Positions 1 through 8,131 of a DNA stretch of 19,694 bases are shown here, one piece after another. Positions within the stretch are counted from its first letter, which is position 1; each line of letters opens with the position of its first letter. Both the position numbers and the translations under genes were made by a program. The notes below the pieces were generated by a model, which ran no database searches, was not told the DNA's origin, and saw only the letters and a list, made by a program, of their open reading frames with translations. The stretch is from Candidatus Hodarchaeaceae archaeon (GTDB taxonomy: Archaea; Hadarchaeota; Hadarchaeia; Hadarchaeales; Hadarchaeaceae): assembly GCA_030018135.1 (NCBI GenBank), contig JASEGJ010000021.1, forward strand, positions 1 to 19,694, given 5' to 3'.

Positions 1-2
1 TC

Positions 3-53
3 TGGGACTCCGATGTTTTTAAACTACGGCGTGACTTGTGGGAAATGACTTAA
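3..53 (+). CDS. Possible 3' end of an upstream gene (WDSDVFKLRRDLWEMT*), truncated by the window edge
   Basis: Frame 3 is open from the window edge to TAA at 51-53. It is too short to identify. Confidence 0.3.
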   Translation, partial: WDSDVFKLRRDLWEMT

Positions 54-59
54 ATTGCC

Positions 60-73
60 CCAACGTTTTAATA
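60..73 (+). promoter_or_regulatory. Putative BRE/TATA box for a leaderless phosphoesterase transcript
   Basis: TTTTAATA at 66-73, about 24 nt before GTG at 97, with no SD motif in between. Confidence 0.5.
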
Positions 74-96
74 TTCGTCGGTACCTATAATCATCG

Positions 97-756
97 GTGG
101 TTGACCTGCGCATTCTAGCGGTGGCCGATTTTCATGGGCTGCCTAACGCGGATGATAACTTATCGAAATTCCTCCAACGCGGCTATGATTGCCTAGTATT
201 GATTGGAGACCTCACAAACTTCGGTCCGGTAAGCTCGGTTGACAGTATGTTAACGAGGATTGAAGCTGCTGGCGTGTTAACACTCGCAGTACCCGGCAAT
301 TGCGACCCAAAGCCAATACTGGAGGTCCTCGATAAACACGGCGTCAACTTGCATGCTAAATGCATGGAGTTCGGCGACATTACTTTCGTTGGCCTAGGCG
401 GTTCCAATCTGACGCCTTTCAACACGCCCTTTGAGTTTACCGAGGCCGAAATCCACGAAGAGTTGGCGGCACTAACCTGTGAGGTTAACGATAGATGGGT
501 GCTAGTGACCCATACCCCTCCATACGATACACGTGTCGACCGAACCGACGCAGGTATACATGTTGGAAGCAAGAGCATCAAACAGTTTATCGAACAAAAA
601 CAGCCATTAGTGGCATTGTGCGGCCATGTCCACGAAGCTCGAAACACGGATAAACTGGGTAGAACCTTGATCATCAATCCAGGACCGATTAACAAGGGTT
701 ATGCAGCGGAGGTAGTTATAGGCGATGGAGTTTGCGCCAAGCTGTTGGAAGTTTAG
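97..756 (+). CDS. Calcineurin-like metallophosphoesterase (Icc-related)
   Basis: Motifs DFH, GDL, GNCD, HTPP and GHVHE occur in the canonical order. Confidence 0.92.
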   Translation: MVDLRILAVADFHGLPNADDNLSKFLQRGYDCLVLIGDLTNFGPVSSVDSMLTRIEAAGVLTLAVPGNCDPKPILEVLDKHGVNLHAKCMEFGDITFVGLGGSNLTPFNTPFEFTEAEIHEELAALTCEVNDRWVLVTHTPPYDTRVDRTDAGIHVGSKSIKQFIEQKQPLVALCGHVHEARNTDKLGRTLIINPGPINKGYAAEVVIGDGVCAKLLEV

Positions 757-841
757 CCTTTGACCCACTATCGGTTAGCTTAAGATGACGCATGTGGCTA
801 CCATTATCTGTAGTTGCTTATTAACTCAATTTGAGGGTCGG

Positions 842-982
842 ATGAGGGCGAGATCGCCGAAAGCGAGGCCAGGTATTGTCCAATTTGCGGCTCATCGAAG
901 CTAAAGTGGGTGCTACCACAGATTTGGTCATTTACGATGTATGAAGTGTGGTTATCGAGGTTCGCTCATCAAAAATGATAAG
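842..982 (+). pseudogene. Frameshifted small Zn-ribbon protein remnant
   Basis: RYCPICGSSKLKWVLPQIWS (871-930) is followed in the +1 frame by LRCMKCGYRGSLI (932-970). The ATG at 842 (MRARSPKAR) is out of frame with the first knuckle. Confidence 0.6.
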
Positions 983-988
983 TCAACA

Positions 989-2035
989 CTAAATGACGCC
1001 CGTCTTTATTGCTAATCGCTCGGCGGCATGTTTGCTCAAGCCTTTGTCGAGAACTGTATATCGCTCAGGCCTGATTCTGTGGGCAATGGTCAGCGCCTTG
1101 ATGATGTATTTAGCGGGTATATTCAGCCCTCCAGCGTTTGTCGGACAACCTATTGTGCGGAGCGCGTCGCGAATTGCCTGCCAATCACCGCCGTGCAAAT
1201 ACATCATCATTATTGTGCCCACCCCGCATTGCTCGCCGTGCAGTGCTGGTTGAGGAGCCAGGAGATCAAGTGCATGACTGAACAGGTGTTCAGAGCCGCT
1301 CGCTGGTCTACTGCTACCAGCTATCCCCATCGCCACCCCGCTGCTTATAAGCGCCTTGACGACCTTACGCACGCTTTCTTCAGTATGTTGTCTTATGATA
1401 TTTGCATTCTCCATTATCAGCTGAGCGCTCATCAACGAGAGCGCGGCAGCATATTCGCTATAAGGCTCTCCGCGTAGACGGCGTGCAAGTTCCCAGTCGC
1501 GAACGGCTGTAAAATTCGCGATGAGGTCCCCACAACCAGCAGCCAAGAGGCGACGTGGGGCACTTTTGATAACTAACGTGTCGGCAATAATTGCAGTGGG
1601 AGCGTGAGTTTCAATTGAGGCGGGATGGCCCCTGCCTTTGATGGACGCACGTGCGGATGCTATGCCGTCATGTGAAGCGGCGGTTGGCACTGAGATGAAC
1701 GGCTTGCTCTCGTAAAAAGATGCGAGTTTTGCGATATCGATACATTTGCCGCCGCCGACGCCTAAAAGGAAGTCTATCTCTTTTCTCACGAGTCTGCGCA
1801 CCCGTGTGACGGCCCTTATGTTGGCCCGCTCTACAAGCACATATTTAACATCAAAATTCTTTTTCGTTAACGAACCGTGGACCCTATTGCCAGCTATCTG
1901 AAAGGTTAGGGAATCGGATACAATTAGTGCCCTCTTGCCCAAGCATAAGCGGCTACAAACATCTGCAACTCGCCCGATCACCCGTGGACCCATCCAGATC
2001 TCACGAGGCAGTTCTATGCGTTTTGGTTCCTTCAT
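989..2035 (-). CDS. egsA: sn-glycerol-1-phosphate dehydrogenase (archaeal lipid backbone)
   Basis: Motifs GVGGGKCID, PTAASHDGIAS, SRPASGSEHLFSHALD and LHGEQCGVG; 348 aa. Confidence 0.97.
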   Translation of the reverse strand: MKEPKRIELPREIWMGPRVIGRVADVCSRLCLGKRALIVSDSLTFQIAGNRVHGSLTKKNFDVKYVLVERANIRAVTRVRRLVRKEIDFLLGVGGGKCIDIAKLASFYESKPFISVPTAASHDGIASARASIKGRGHPASIETHAPTAIIADTLVIKSAPRRLLAAGCGDLIANFTAVRDWELARRLRGEPYSEYAAALSLMSAQLIMENANIIRQHTEESVRKVVKALISSGVAMGIAGSSRPASGSEHLFSHALDLLAPQPALHGEQCGVGTIMMMYLHGGDWQAIRDALRTIGCPTNAGGLNIPAKYIIKALTIAHRIRPERYTVLDKGLSKHAAERLAIKTGVI

Positions 2036-2075
2036 CGATGATCGCCTTGAGCAGACTCTCGGTTTGCCGTTAGCA

Positions 2076-2091
2076 GGTAAACTTTATATAC
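2076..2091. promoter_or_regulatory. TATA box in the divergent egsA/psmB intergenic region
   Basis: GGTAAAC-TTTATATA at 2076-2090. It is the strongest AT-rich box between the divergent genes. Confidence 0.55.
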
Positions 2092-2152
2092 GGATAGCGA
2101 GAGTTTTTACTGCTGCTTCTAATGCGGCATTTCTTAGCAGGCGGGTGTTCAA

Positions 2153-2776
2153 TTGAAAAATGATCAGCTGAAATATTTGGAGGGCACAACGACCATCGGG
2201 TTGATATGTAAAGATGGGGTGATCCTCGTTACCGACACTAGAGCTACGATGGGTAATTTGGTCGCAAGCAAGCAGGCGCGAAAGATCTACAAAATAACAG
2301 ACACGATTGGTATCACCGTCGCCGGGGGCGTGGCTGACACCCAGGCCCTCGTGAACATATTGCGCGCCGAAGCTGGGTATTACCATATGCGCGAGGGCGT
2401 GCCCATGAACGTACGGGCAGCTGCGAGATTGGTCGCAAACGTGCTTCACGCCTACCGCCTGTTCCCCTACATAGCTAATTTGTTGGTCGGCGGCGTCGAT
2501 GCTAAAGGACAGCGATTGCACTTTATCGACCTTGACGGTTCGCTTACCGAGGAAACCATGGTGGCTACCGGCTCTGGTTCCCCAGTTGCTTATGGCCTGT
2601 TGGAAAGCGAGTTTAAAGAGGGGATAACCACCAAGGAAGCTTTACCCATAGCCGTTAAAGCGATTAAGGCGGCTATGAAGCGCGATATCGCCACTGGTAA
2701 TGAGCTGATGGTTGCGGTCATAACTAATGCTGGATATAAAGAGCTCTCGCCTGAAGAGATCAAAAAGCTAGCTTAA
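2153..2776 (+). CDS. psmB: 20S proteasome beta subunit with an 11-aa propeptide
   Basis: G|TTTIG processing site with catalytic Thr1, DTRATMG and ATGSGS. TTG start preceded by GCGGGTG. Confidence 0.97.
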   Translation: MKNDQLKYLEGTTTIGLICKDGVILVTDTRATMGNLVASKQARKIYKITDTIGITVAGGVADTQALVNILRAEAGYYHMREGVPMNVRAAARLVANVLHAYRLFPYIANLLVGGVDAKGQRLHFIDLDGSLTEETMVATGSGSPVAYGLLESEFKEGITTKEALPIAVKAIKAAMKRDIATGNELMVAVITNAGYKELSPEEIKKLA

Positions 2777-2797
2777 AAAAATCTGAAGGTGGCCCGC

Positions 2798-4705
2798 ATG
2801 GCTGCGGAAGAACTCTTGAACGAGATAAAGCGCGTTGTGAAAGAGGAACCCCTGTTTGCGGATGCGATCTCCGACATCGATTTTGAGGGCCCGAAGGTGG
2901 TGCTCTACTGCCGCAACCTAGACCTACTCACACAGAATGGGGACGCGATCAAAGAGCTTGCACGTAGGATTCGAAAGCGCATCACATTGCGTCCAGACCC
3001 GTCGATTTTAACGGAACAGAAGGAAGCCGAGGAGGAGATTCGACAGGTGGTGCCCCCAGAGGCCGGCATAGTGGATATTGTATTCAGCCCAGATGTTGGC
3101 GAGGTCGCAATAGAGGCTCAAAAGCCAGGAATTGCGATTGGTAAGGGTGGTGCTTTGCTACGAGAGATGATGCGGAGGATTAGTTGGACACCGAGGGTTG
3201 TTCGTGCCCTGCCGATTCAATCGGATATCGTGCGGAATATCCGTTACTCCGTAATTCAAGCGAGCGCGGAGCACAGAGAAATTATGCGCAAGATCGGCAG
3301 ACGAATTCACCGCGAACCAAAGGCAAAAGCTGGTTGGGTCAGGGTATCTACGCTTGGCGGTTCACGTGAAGTCGGTCGATCATCGTTCTTCCTGCACACT
3401 CCAGAGAGCCGCGTTCTGCTTGACTGCGGCATAAATGTCACATCGGATGAGCGAGCATTTCCACACCTTGAGGCACCTGAGCTGAGGTTATCCGAACTCG
3501 ATGCCGTTATCATAAGTCACGCTCACCTCGACCACATGGGATTCGTGCCATACCTCTTTAAGTACGGGTTTGAGGGGCCAGTCTACTGCACGCTACCAAC
3601 GCGCGATTTAGCGGTTCTGCTACAGCTGGATTATATCGAAATAGCTGAGCGAGAAGACAAACCATTGCCCTACGATAAAAAGGATATCCGCACTTTCGTG
3701 CAGCATACTATTCCGCTTGACTACGGCGATGTTACAGATATTTCACCCGATATCAAGATCACATTTCACAATGCCGGACACATCCTTGGATCGGCAATTA
3801 CGCATATTCACGTCGGCGAAGGCTTGTACAATATTTTATACACCGGCGACCTAAAGTTTGACCGCACGCGACTTTTTTCGCCAGCAGTTCATACTTTTCC
3901 CCGTTTAGAAACCCTGATTATAGATAGCACCTATGGCGGTGCCGAGGATATCCAACCCTTCCGGGCCGATGCTGAGAAGGAATTCATACGCGTGGTAGCC
4001 GAAACCATAAAACGAGGTGGCAAAGTTCTGGTACCAGTATTTGCGGTTGGGCGAGCGCAGGAGATAATGGTTTTACTTGACGACTGTAGGCGGGCCGGAA
4101 TGCTGGATAACATACCAGTTTATTTAGATGGCATGATCTGGGAGGCAACGGCCATTCACACTGCGTACCCTGAATATCTGTGCCCTGAACTGCGTGAACA
4201 AATTTTCCATCAAGATAGAAATCCATTCTTGTCGGACATGTTCACCCATGTGACCGGACCAGACCAGCGTGCTCAAGTAATTGACGGCGAGCCAGCAGTT
4301 ATTTTATCAACGGCGGGTATGATGGCTGGCGGACCAGTCATAGAATACTTTAAGGCTTTGGCCCCAGATCCAAGCAATGCCTTAGCGTTTGTTGGTTATC
4401 AATGCGAGGGGTCGCTTGGCAGGCGAATTCAGAAGGGCTGGCGAGAGATACCATTACGAGGCGCGGGGGGCAGGGTTGAAGAGGTAAAGGTCAATATGGA
4501 GGTTCGAACCATTGAGGGCTTTAGCGGCCACTCCGATCGGGCCCAATTGTTGAATTATATCCGGAAAATCGTTCCGAAGCCGGAGCGCGTGATTTGCTGC
4601 CACGGCGACGATAGCAAGTGTGTTGACCTAGCAAGCGCTATACACAAACTTTTTAAGATAGAAACAAGAGCGCCAGCGAACTTGGACACGATTAGGCTGT
4701 GTTAG
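2798..4705 (+). CDS. fttA: KH-domain beta-CASP ribonuclease aCPSF1 / transcription termination factor FttA
   Basis: N-terminal KH domains (GIAIGKGG), HAHLDH, AGHILGS and GFSGHSD, adjacent to psmB as commonly seen. ATG 2798 with SD AAGGTGG is preferred over GTG 2789. Confidence 0.96.
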   Translation: MAAEELLNEIKRVVKEEPLFADAISDIDFEGPKVVLYCRNLDLLTQNGDAIKELARRIRKRITLRPDPSILTEQKEAEEEIRQVVPPEAGIVDIVFSPDVGEVAIEAQKPGIAIGKGGALLREMMRRISWTPRVVRALPIQSDIVRNIRYSVIQASAEHREIMRKIGRRIHREPKAKAGWVRVSTLGGSREVGRSSFFLHTPESRVLLDCGINVTSDERAFPHLEAPELRLSELDAVIISHAHLDHMGFVPYLFKYGFEGPVYCTLPTRDLAVLLQLDYIEIAEREDKPLPYDKKDIRTFVQHTIPLDYGDVTDISPDIKITFHNAGHILGSAITHIHVGEGLYNILYTGDLKFDRTRLFSPAVHTFPRLETLIIDSTYGGAEDIQPFRADAEKEFIRVVAETIKRGGKVLVPVFAVGRAQEIMVLLDDCRRAGMLDNIPVYLDGMIWEATAIHTAYPEYLCPELREQIFHQDRNPFLSDMFTHVTGPDQRAQVIDGEPAVILSTAGMMAGGPVIEYFKALAPDPSNALAFVGYQCEGSLGRRIQKGWREIPLRGAGGRVEEVKVNMEVRTIEGFSGHSDRAQLLNYIRKIVPKPERVICCHGDDSKCVDLASAIHKLFKIETRAPANLDTIRLC

Positions 4706-4809
4706 TGCCGACAATTTGGCGGCAGATTTATGTAATCCGATGGTTGCAAGAAAATCATCATAAAGCAATAACTACCTTGCCGCTTGGTGCTGAATTTTAA
4801 CCGATTAGC

Positions 4810-5355
4810 CTACCCTGCCTTAAGTAGGTTAAGTTCACGTTTCTTTGCGCGTTCATCGACGATCGCGCTATGTCCAAATGGGTCCACCACTATCAGCTTT
4901 GCCTTAAGTTTGCCCGCGCGTATTGCATCGAGCTTTTCAATCACCGCCTCGCCGCTACGCCGTCGGGCGGCGTTGGCCTCACGTAATGCAAGTTTCACGG
5001 CCTGCTCGATTCGATTGAGCACGCCCTCGATATTGGAAACGTAGCCCTCGGATGCGGGACCCGGTTCGATCGTGACTCCGAGTTCCGGTACTTTTATAGT
5101 TCCGGTGCTGGACTTCACCACCCTAACCACGAGGTCGGACTCAGACGTTATTCGAAACTCATAGCGCATAGGTTTGCGCTCGCCGAGGCACATGACATCG
5201 GCATGCCTAAAGTTGCAGTTATCGCAGCTCAGCAGCGTTTCCATAACCTCACCAAAGTAAGGGATATCGTCAATTCTACCCTTTACGTGAAAAGTTCCAA
5301 TGGCTCGACATGATGGGCAACGCTCAATAGGGAGCGTAAACTCCTGCCGCCGCAT
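4810..5355 (-). CDS. zpr1: ZPR1 zinc-finger domain protein
   Basis: CPSC...IPYFGEV...CDNC, IEPGPASEGYVSNIEGVL and DPFGHS. Confidence 0.95.
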   Translation of the reverse strand: MRRQEFTLPIERCPSCRAIGTFHVKGRIDDIPYFGEVMETLLSCDNCNFRHADVMCLGERKPMRYEFRITSESDLVVRVVKSSTGTIKVPELGVTIEPGPASEGYVSNIEGVLNRIEQAVKLALREANAARRRSGEAVIEKLDAIRAGKLKAKLIVVDPFGHSAIVDERAKKRELNLLKAG

Positions 5356-5370
5356 AAAGCCACCTAAAAA

Positions 5371-5748
5371 TCAAGCTTCAGCTTTCTTAAATTGGATGCG
5401 GACGAATTTCGGCGTGGCTATTACCTTTGACTCGCTCAGGCGTCCGATATCTCCGCCAATACCATGGGCCATGCCCTTTAGTTGATCGATTGCGCGCTTT
5501 AACTCAGCAGGATCTTGATTCATGAGCGGAGTGATGTCGAGGATCACGATATTTCCCGCTCGCAGTTCATCCGAGATCTCCCGGACATCGACGAGGCTTT
5601 GTAGATTCATGCTCTTGACGTATATCGGTTCAATTTCGCTTAGACCTCTCATCTTGGCGGCCTCCTCAACCTCGAGAATGGGCACCTCCTCAACCGCCCC
5701 GGGTCTTCGCTCCGGTGTCCTTTTAAAAATACGCTTCAGGTATTCCAT
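5371..5748 (-). CDS. sepF: Archaeal cell-division protein SepF
   Basis: N-terminal amphipathic helix (MEYLKRIFKR), GNIVILDI, GGDIGRL and VIATP. Confidence 0.92.
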   Translation of the reverse strand: MEYLKRIFKRTPERRPGAVEEVPILEVEEAAKMRGLSEIEPIYVKSMNLQSLVDVREISDELRAGNIVILDITPLMNQDPAELKRAIDQLKGMAHGIGGDIGRLSESKVIATPKFVRIQFKKAEA

Positions 5749-5752
5749 CCAG

Positions 5753-6298
5753 CTACTCCCCTCGTTGCAATCTGTCGATGGCTTTCTCTGTATTTAACCT
5801 TTTCTTGATGGCCTTAATTTGGCTTCCGAGCGACCAAACCCCATCGCCCACGTAATAGAGGTTTTTGACCACCCGCCCCTTAGGCGCTTTCATATCACAA
5901 CCAGCCACGAGCGCTAGGCCAACGGCGAGCGGTTTGCCGTGCCGCTCATCAACCACGACGACGCTATCACCAAGCGCGATGTCGCCATCTGCCGCGACCA
6001 CGCCAGGTGCCATAATATCGGCCCCGCTCACGATATGAGGCACAGCGCCCATGTCGATGACCACGCGTTTCAGCGGAATACGATCAACTGAGGCAAGAGT
6101 CGGGAAAAACCCATCCTTCGTCTTTATCACGAACGGCTTACCGTTTACCAAAACGACCTCGATGCCATCTTTAAGCTCCACGATCTCTATATCACCTTTT
6201 AGAAGTTCGATTGCGGCTTTACCAAACCTATTGGCGAGCTCGGCGGTGAGCTGCTTAATCAGAGCCCCTCGCGGATGATAACGCCGGTTTATCGACAT
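5753..6298 (-). CDS. PUA-domain RNA-binding protein (DUF1947/Tma20-MCT1-like)
   Basis: VVIDMGAVPHIVSGADIMAPGV and DERHGKPLAVG. Likely start ATG 6298 (MSINRRYH). Confidence 0.9.
   Translation of the reverse strand: MSINRRYHPRGALIKQLTAELANRFGKAAIELLKGDIEIVELKDGIEVVLVNGKPFVIKTKDGFFPTLASVDRIPLKRVVIDMGAVPHIVSGADIMAPGVVAADGDIALGDSVVVVDERHGKPLAVGLALVAGCDMKAPKGRVVKNLYYVGDGVWSLGSQIKAIKKRLNTEKAIDRLQRGE
5791..5803 (-). promoter_or_regulatory. BRE/TATA for sepF, lying inside the 3' end of the PUA ORF
   Basis: Minus strand AAAAGG-TTAAATA about 45 nt upstream of the sepF ATG, followed by SD-like GAGGGGAG. Confidence 0.55.
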
Positions 6299-6357
6299 TA
6301 TGCTAAAATGGGCACGATACACTTAAATACGAAGCCGCCGATGGGTTGATGATTTTC

Positions 6358-6585
6358 ATGTCTGCACAGCGACCTCTAGATGTCTTAAACCGTGCCTTGG
6401 GGTCATCGGTACTGGTGAGCCTTAAGGGTGGTCGCGAGCTTCGGGGTAAGCTCAGCGGCTTCGATGTGCATGTCAACTTAGTGCTCGAGGATGCTGAAGA
6501 ACTACACGGCAATGAGTCCGTCAAGCGATATGGCACGATGATTATCCGCGGCGATAGCGTAGTTTTCATCTCGCCAGCTGGGTGA
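6358..6585 (+). CDS. lsm: Sm-like archaeal protein (SmAP/Lsm)
   Basis: RPLDVL, Sm1 motif [19 protein letters not shown], Sm2 motif [12 protein letters not shown]. Linked to rpl37e as is typical. Confidence 0.96.
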   Translation: MSAQRPLDVLNRALGSSVLVSLKGGRELRGKLSGFDVHVNLVLEDAEELHGNESVKRYGTMIIRGDSVVFISPAG

Positions 6586-6589
6586 TCTC

Positions 6590-6775
6590 ATGGTCAAGGG
6601 CACTGCGGCTATGGGCAAGCGCCACAAGATAATGCACATTCGTTGCCGGCGATGCGGCAGGCGCGCTTTTCACGCTCAGAAGGGGGTTTGTGCAGCCTGC
6701 GGCTACGGCAGATCGCGCCGAATCACGCGCTACAATTGGAAAGCAAAGAAGGTGCAGGGCCTGCGGCTCCGATAG
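6590..6775 (+). CDS. rpl37e: 50S ribosomal protein L37e
   Basis: KGT..MGKR, CRRCG and CAACGYG zinc finger. Confidence 0.97.
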   Translation: MVKGTAAMGKRHKIMHIRCRRCGRRAFHAQKGVCAACGYGRSRRITRYNWKAKKVQGLRLR

Positions 6776-6815
6776 GCAATCATTCCGATGCCACCCATTT
6801 GAGAACCGCTGTCAA

Positions 6816-6852
6816 GCCTGTCCTATTTTTAGGATGGGCCGCAATTTCTTTA
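6816..6852 (+). terminator. Hairpin after lsm-rpl37e, possible terminator or processing signal
   Basis: GCCTGTCCTA-TTTT-TAGGATGGGC (10 bp, 2 G-U) followed by TTTCTTT. Confidence 0.4.
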
Positions 6853-6877
6853 AGCCTGAGTGACGACTCCCTTTTGT

Positions 6878-6974
6878 GGGCCGGTAGATCAGCCTGGTAT
6901 GATCGTCCGCTTGGCATACGTGCCAAAAGCGCGGCTGAAGCGGGAGGTCGCGGGTTCAAATCCCGCCCGGTCCA
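6878..6974 (+). tRNA. tRNA-Ala(GGC) with a 22-nt anticodon-loop intron (6918-6939 or 6917-6938)
   Basis: Acceptor GGGCCGG/CCGGTCC with G3-U70, D-stem GATC/GATC, anticodon stem TCCGC/GCGGG, GGC at 6913-6915, T-arm GCGGG-TTCAAAT-CCCGC, discriminator A. Confidence 0.95.
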
Positions 6975-7037
6975 CATCTTTAAAAAATATGGCAAAATAG
7001 TGAAGTGCTCCTATCCTCTTTAATGCACCTGACTAAG

Positions 7038-7048
7038 GGATATTAAAA
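7038..7048 (+). promoter_or_regulatory. TATA box for tRNA-Val
   Basis: TATTAAAA at 7041-7048, about 23-30 nt before the tRNA 5' end. Confidence 0.5.
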
Positions 7049-7070
7049 CGTTGAATTATCATTATTTGTT

Positions 7071-7172
7071 GGGCCCGTGGTCTAGTGGTTATGAGGGAAC
7101 AGGTTCAACCTCTCCCTAACAAACGTCACCTTGACAAGGTGAAGATCCTGGGTTCGAATCCCAGCGGGCCCA
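7071..7172 (+). tRNA. tRNA-Val(GAC) with a 29-nt non-canonical intron at 23/24 (7094-7122)
   Basis: Acceptor GGGCCCG/CGGGCCC, anticodon arm TCACC-TTGACAA-GGTGA, T-arm CTGGG-TTCGAAT-CCCAG. Removing 7094-7122 restores the D-stem GTCT/TGAC. Confidence 0.95.
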
Positions 7173-7291
7173 CCTCTCCTTTTTAGGGTTGCCTCGCTTG
7201 AGAAAAACAACCGTGGCGGTTAACAATTCTAGGCCATTGGAAAGCGGGAAATAGCTTAAACTACATAGTCAGCTCATCCGAGGGCAATAAA

Positions 7292-8083
7292 ATGAAGTTG
7301 ATATTTGCATCTGCTAAGGATCCTGCCGCCCAAACCATCGTAACCCAGTTACTCGGGCTTTACAGTTTTGAGAGGGTTCAAAGCCGACCGGAGGCATATG
7401 CCTACGGAGATGTGTTGCTTATGACCACTATGGACGACGCAACCCAAATCGCCACGTTACCATTAGCTGCAGACGAAGTTATCATCGCCTCCAGGCACGC
7501 TAGCGAGTCCGGCAAACCAACGCTCACTGTTCATGCCCCCGGAGATGTGGCTGGTAGGAAACTCGCCATAACATCCCCGGCGACCATAAAAGCGGCCCTT
7601 AAGGCGCTTTCCGTGACCAGCGATGAACTTAGCTTACCCTATGGGGTCTCGCTAGAGGCAACCCACCATGGCCCAGTCCAACTCGAGGTACCAGTTACAT
7701 TTGTGGAGATCGGCAGTTCACTAGCGCAATGGCGCGACGAGGCAGCGGCCGAAGCTGTAGCTCGTGCGATAATGTCGGCGGCAACTTCTAGGGCTAAGGG
7801 ACGGCAAGCCGTCGGATTTGGGGGTCCACACTACGCACCAAGACATAGCGAGGTCGTCCTGCGAACGGATGTTTGCATAGGTCACATCTTACCAAAATAT
7901 GTAAACATGGACGAGGAACTCGTCGAGCAGGCAATCGCGAGGACGTACGGCGGTGTAGAGCTGTTAGCGCTGGATTGGAAGGGTCTGAGCAGCGAGCAGA
8001 GGCAGCTATTGCAACGCGTCGCTGCTAAATTTGGCCTACAAGCCATCCGCGAGGGCGAACTTTTGGCCACACAAAACGTTTAA
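7292..8083 (+). CDS. dtdA: D-aminoacyl-tRNA deacylase (archaeal DTD2/GEK1 type)
   Basis: ASRHAS, LTVHAPG, LEATHHGP, FVEIGS, GFGGPHYAP and GHILPKY. Lies upstream of ftsZ as commonly seen. Confidence 0.95.
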   Translation: MKLIFASAKDPAAQTIVTQLLGLYSFERVQSRPEAYAYGDVLLMTTMDDATQIATLPLAADEVIIASRHASESGKPTLTVHAPGDVAGRKLAITSPATIKAALKALSVTSDELSLPYGVSLEATHHGPVQLEVPVTFVEIGSSLAQWRDEAAAEAVARAIMSAATSRAKGRQAVGFGGPHYAPRHSEVVLRTDVCIGHILPKYVNMDEELVEQAIARTYGGVELLALDWKGLSSEQRQLLQRVAAKFGLQAIREGELLATQNV

Positions 8084-8131
8084 ATTGACCATAATTAAAA
8101 TGACACAGCAGATGTATTTGGAGGAGCATAC

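Noticed and set aside
6643-7023. ORFs 6643-7023 (+) and 6780-6995 (-)
   Set aside because: They overlap rpl37e and tRNA-Ala and are spurious.
6878-7200. tRNA genes as possible integration (att) sites
   Set aside because: No duplicated tRNA fragment or integrase was seen in the window.
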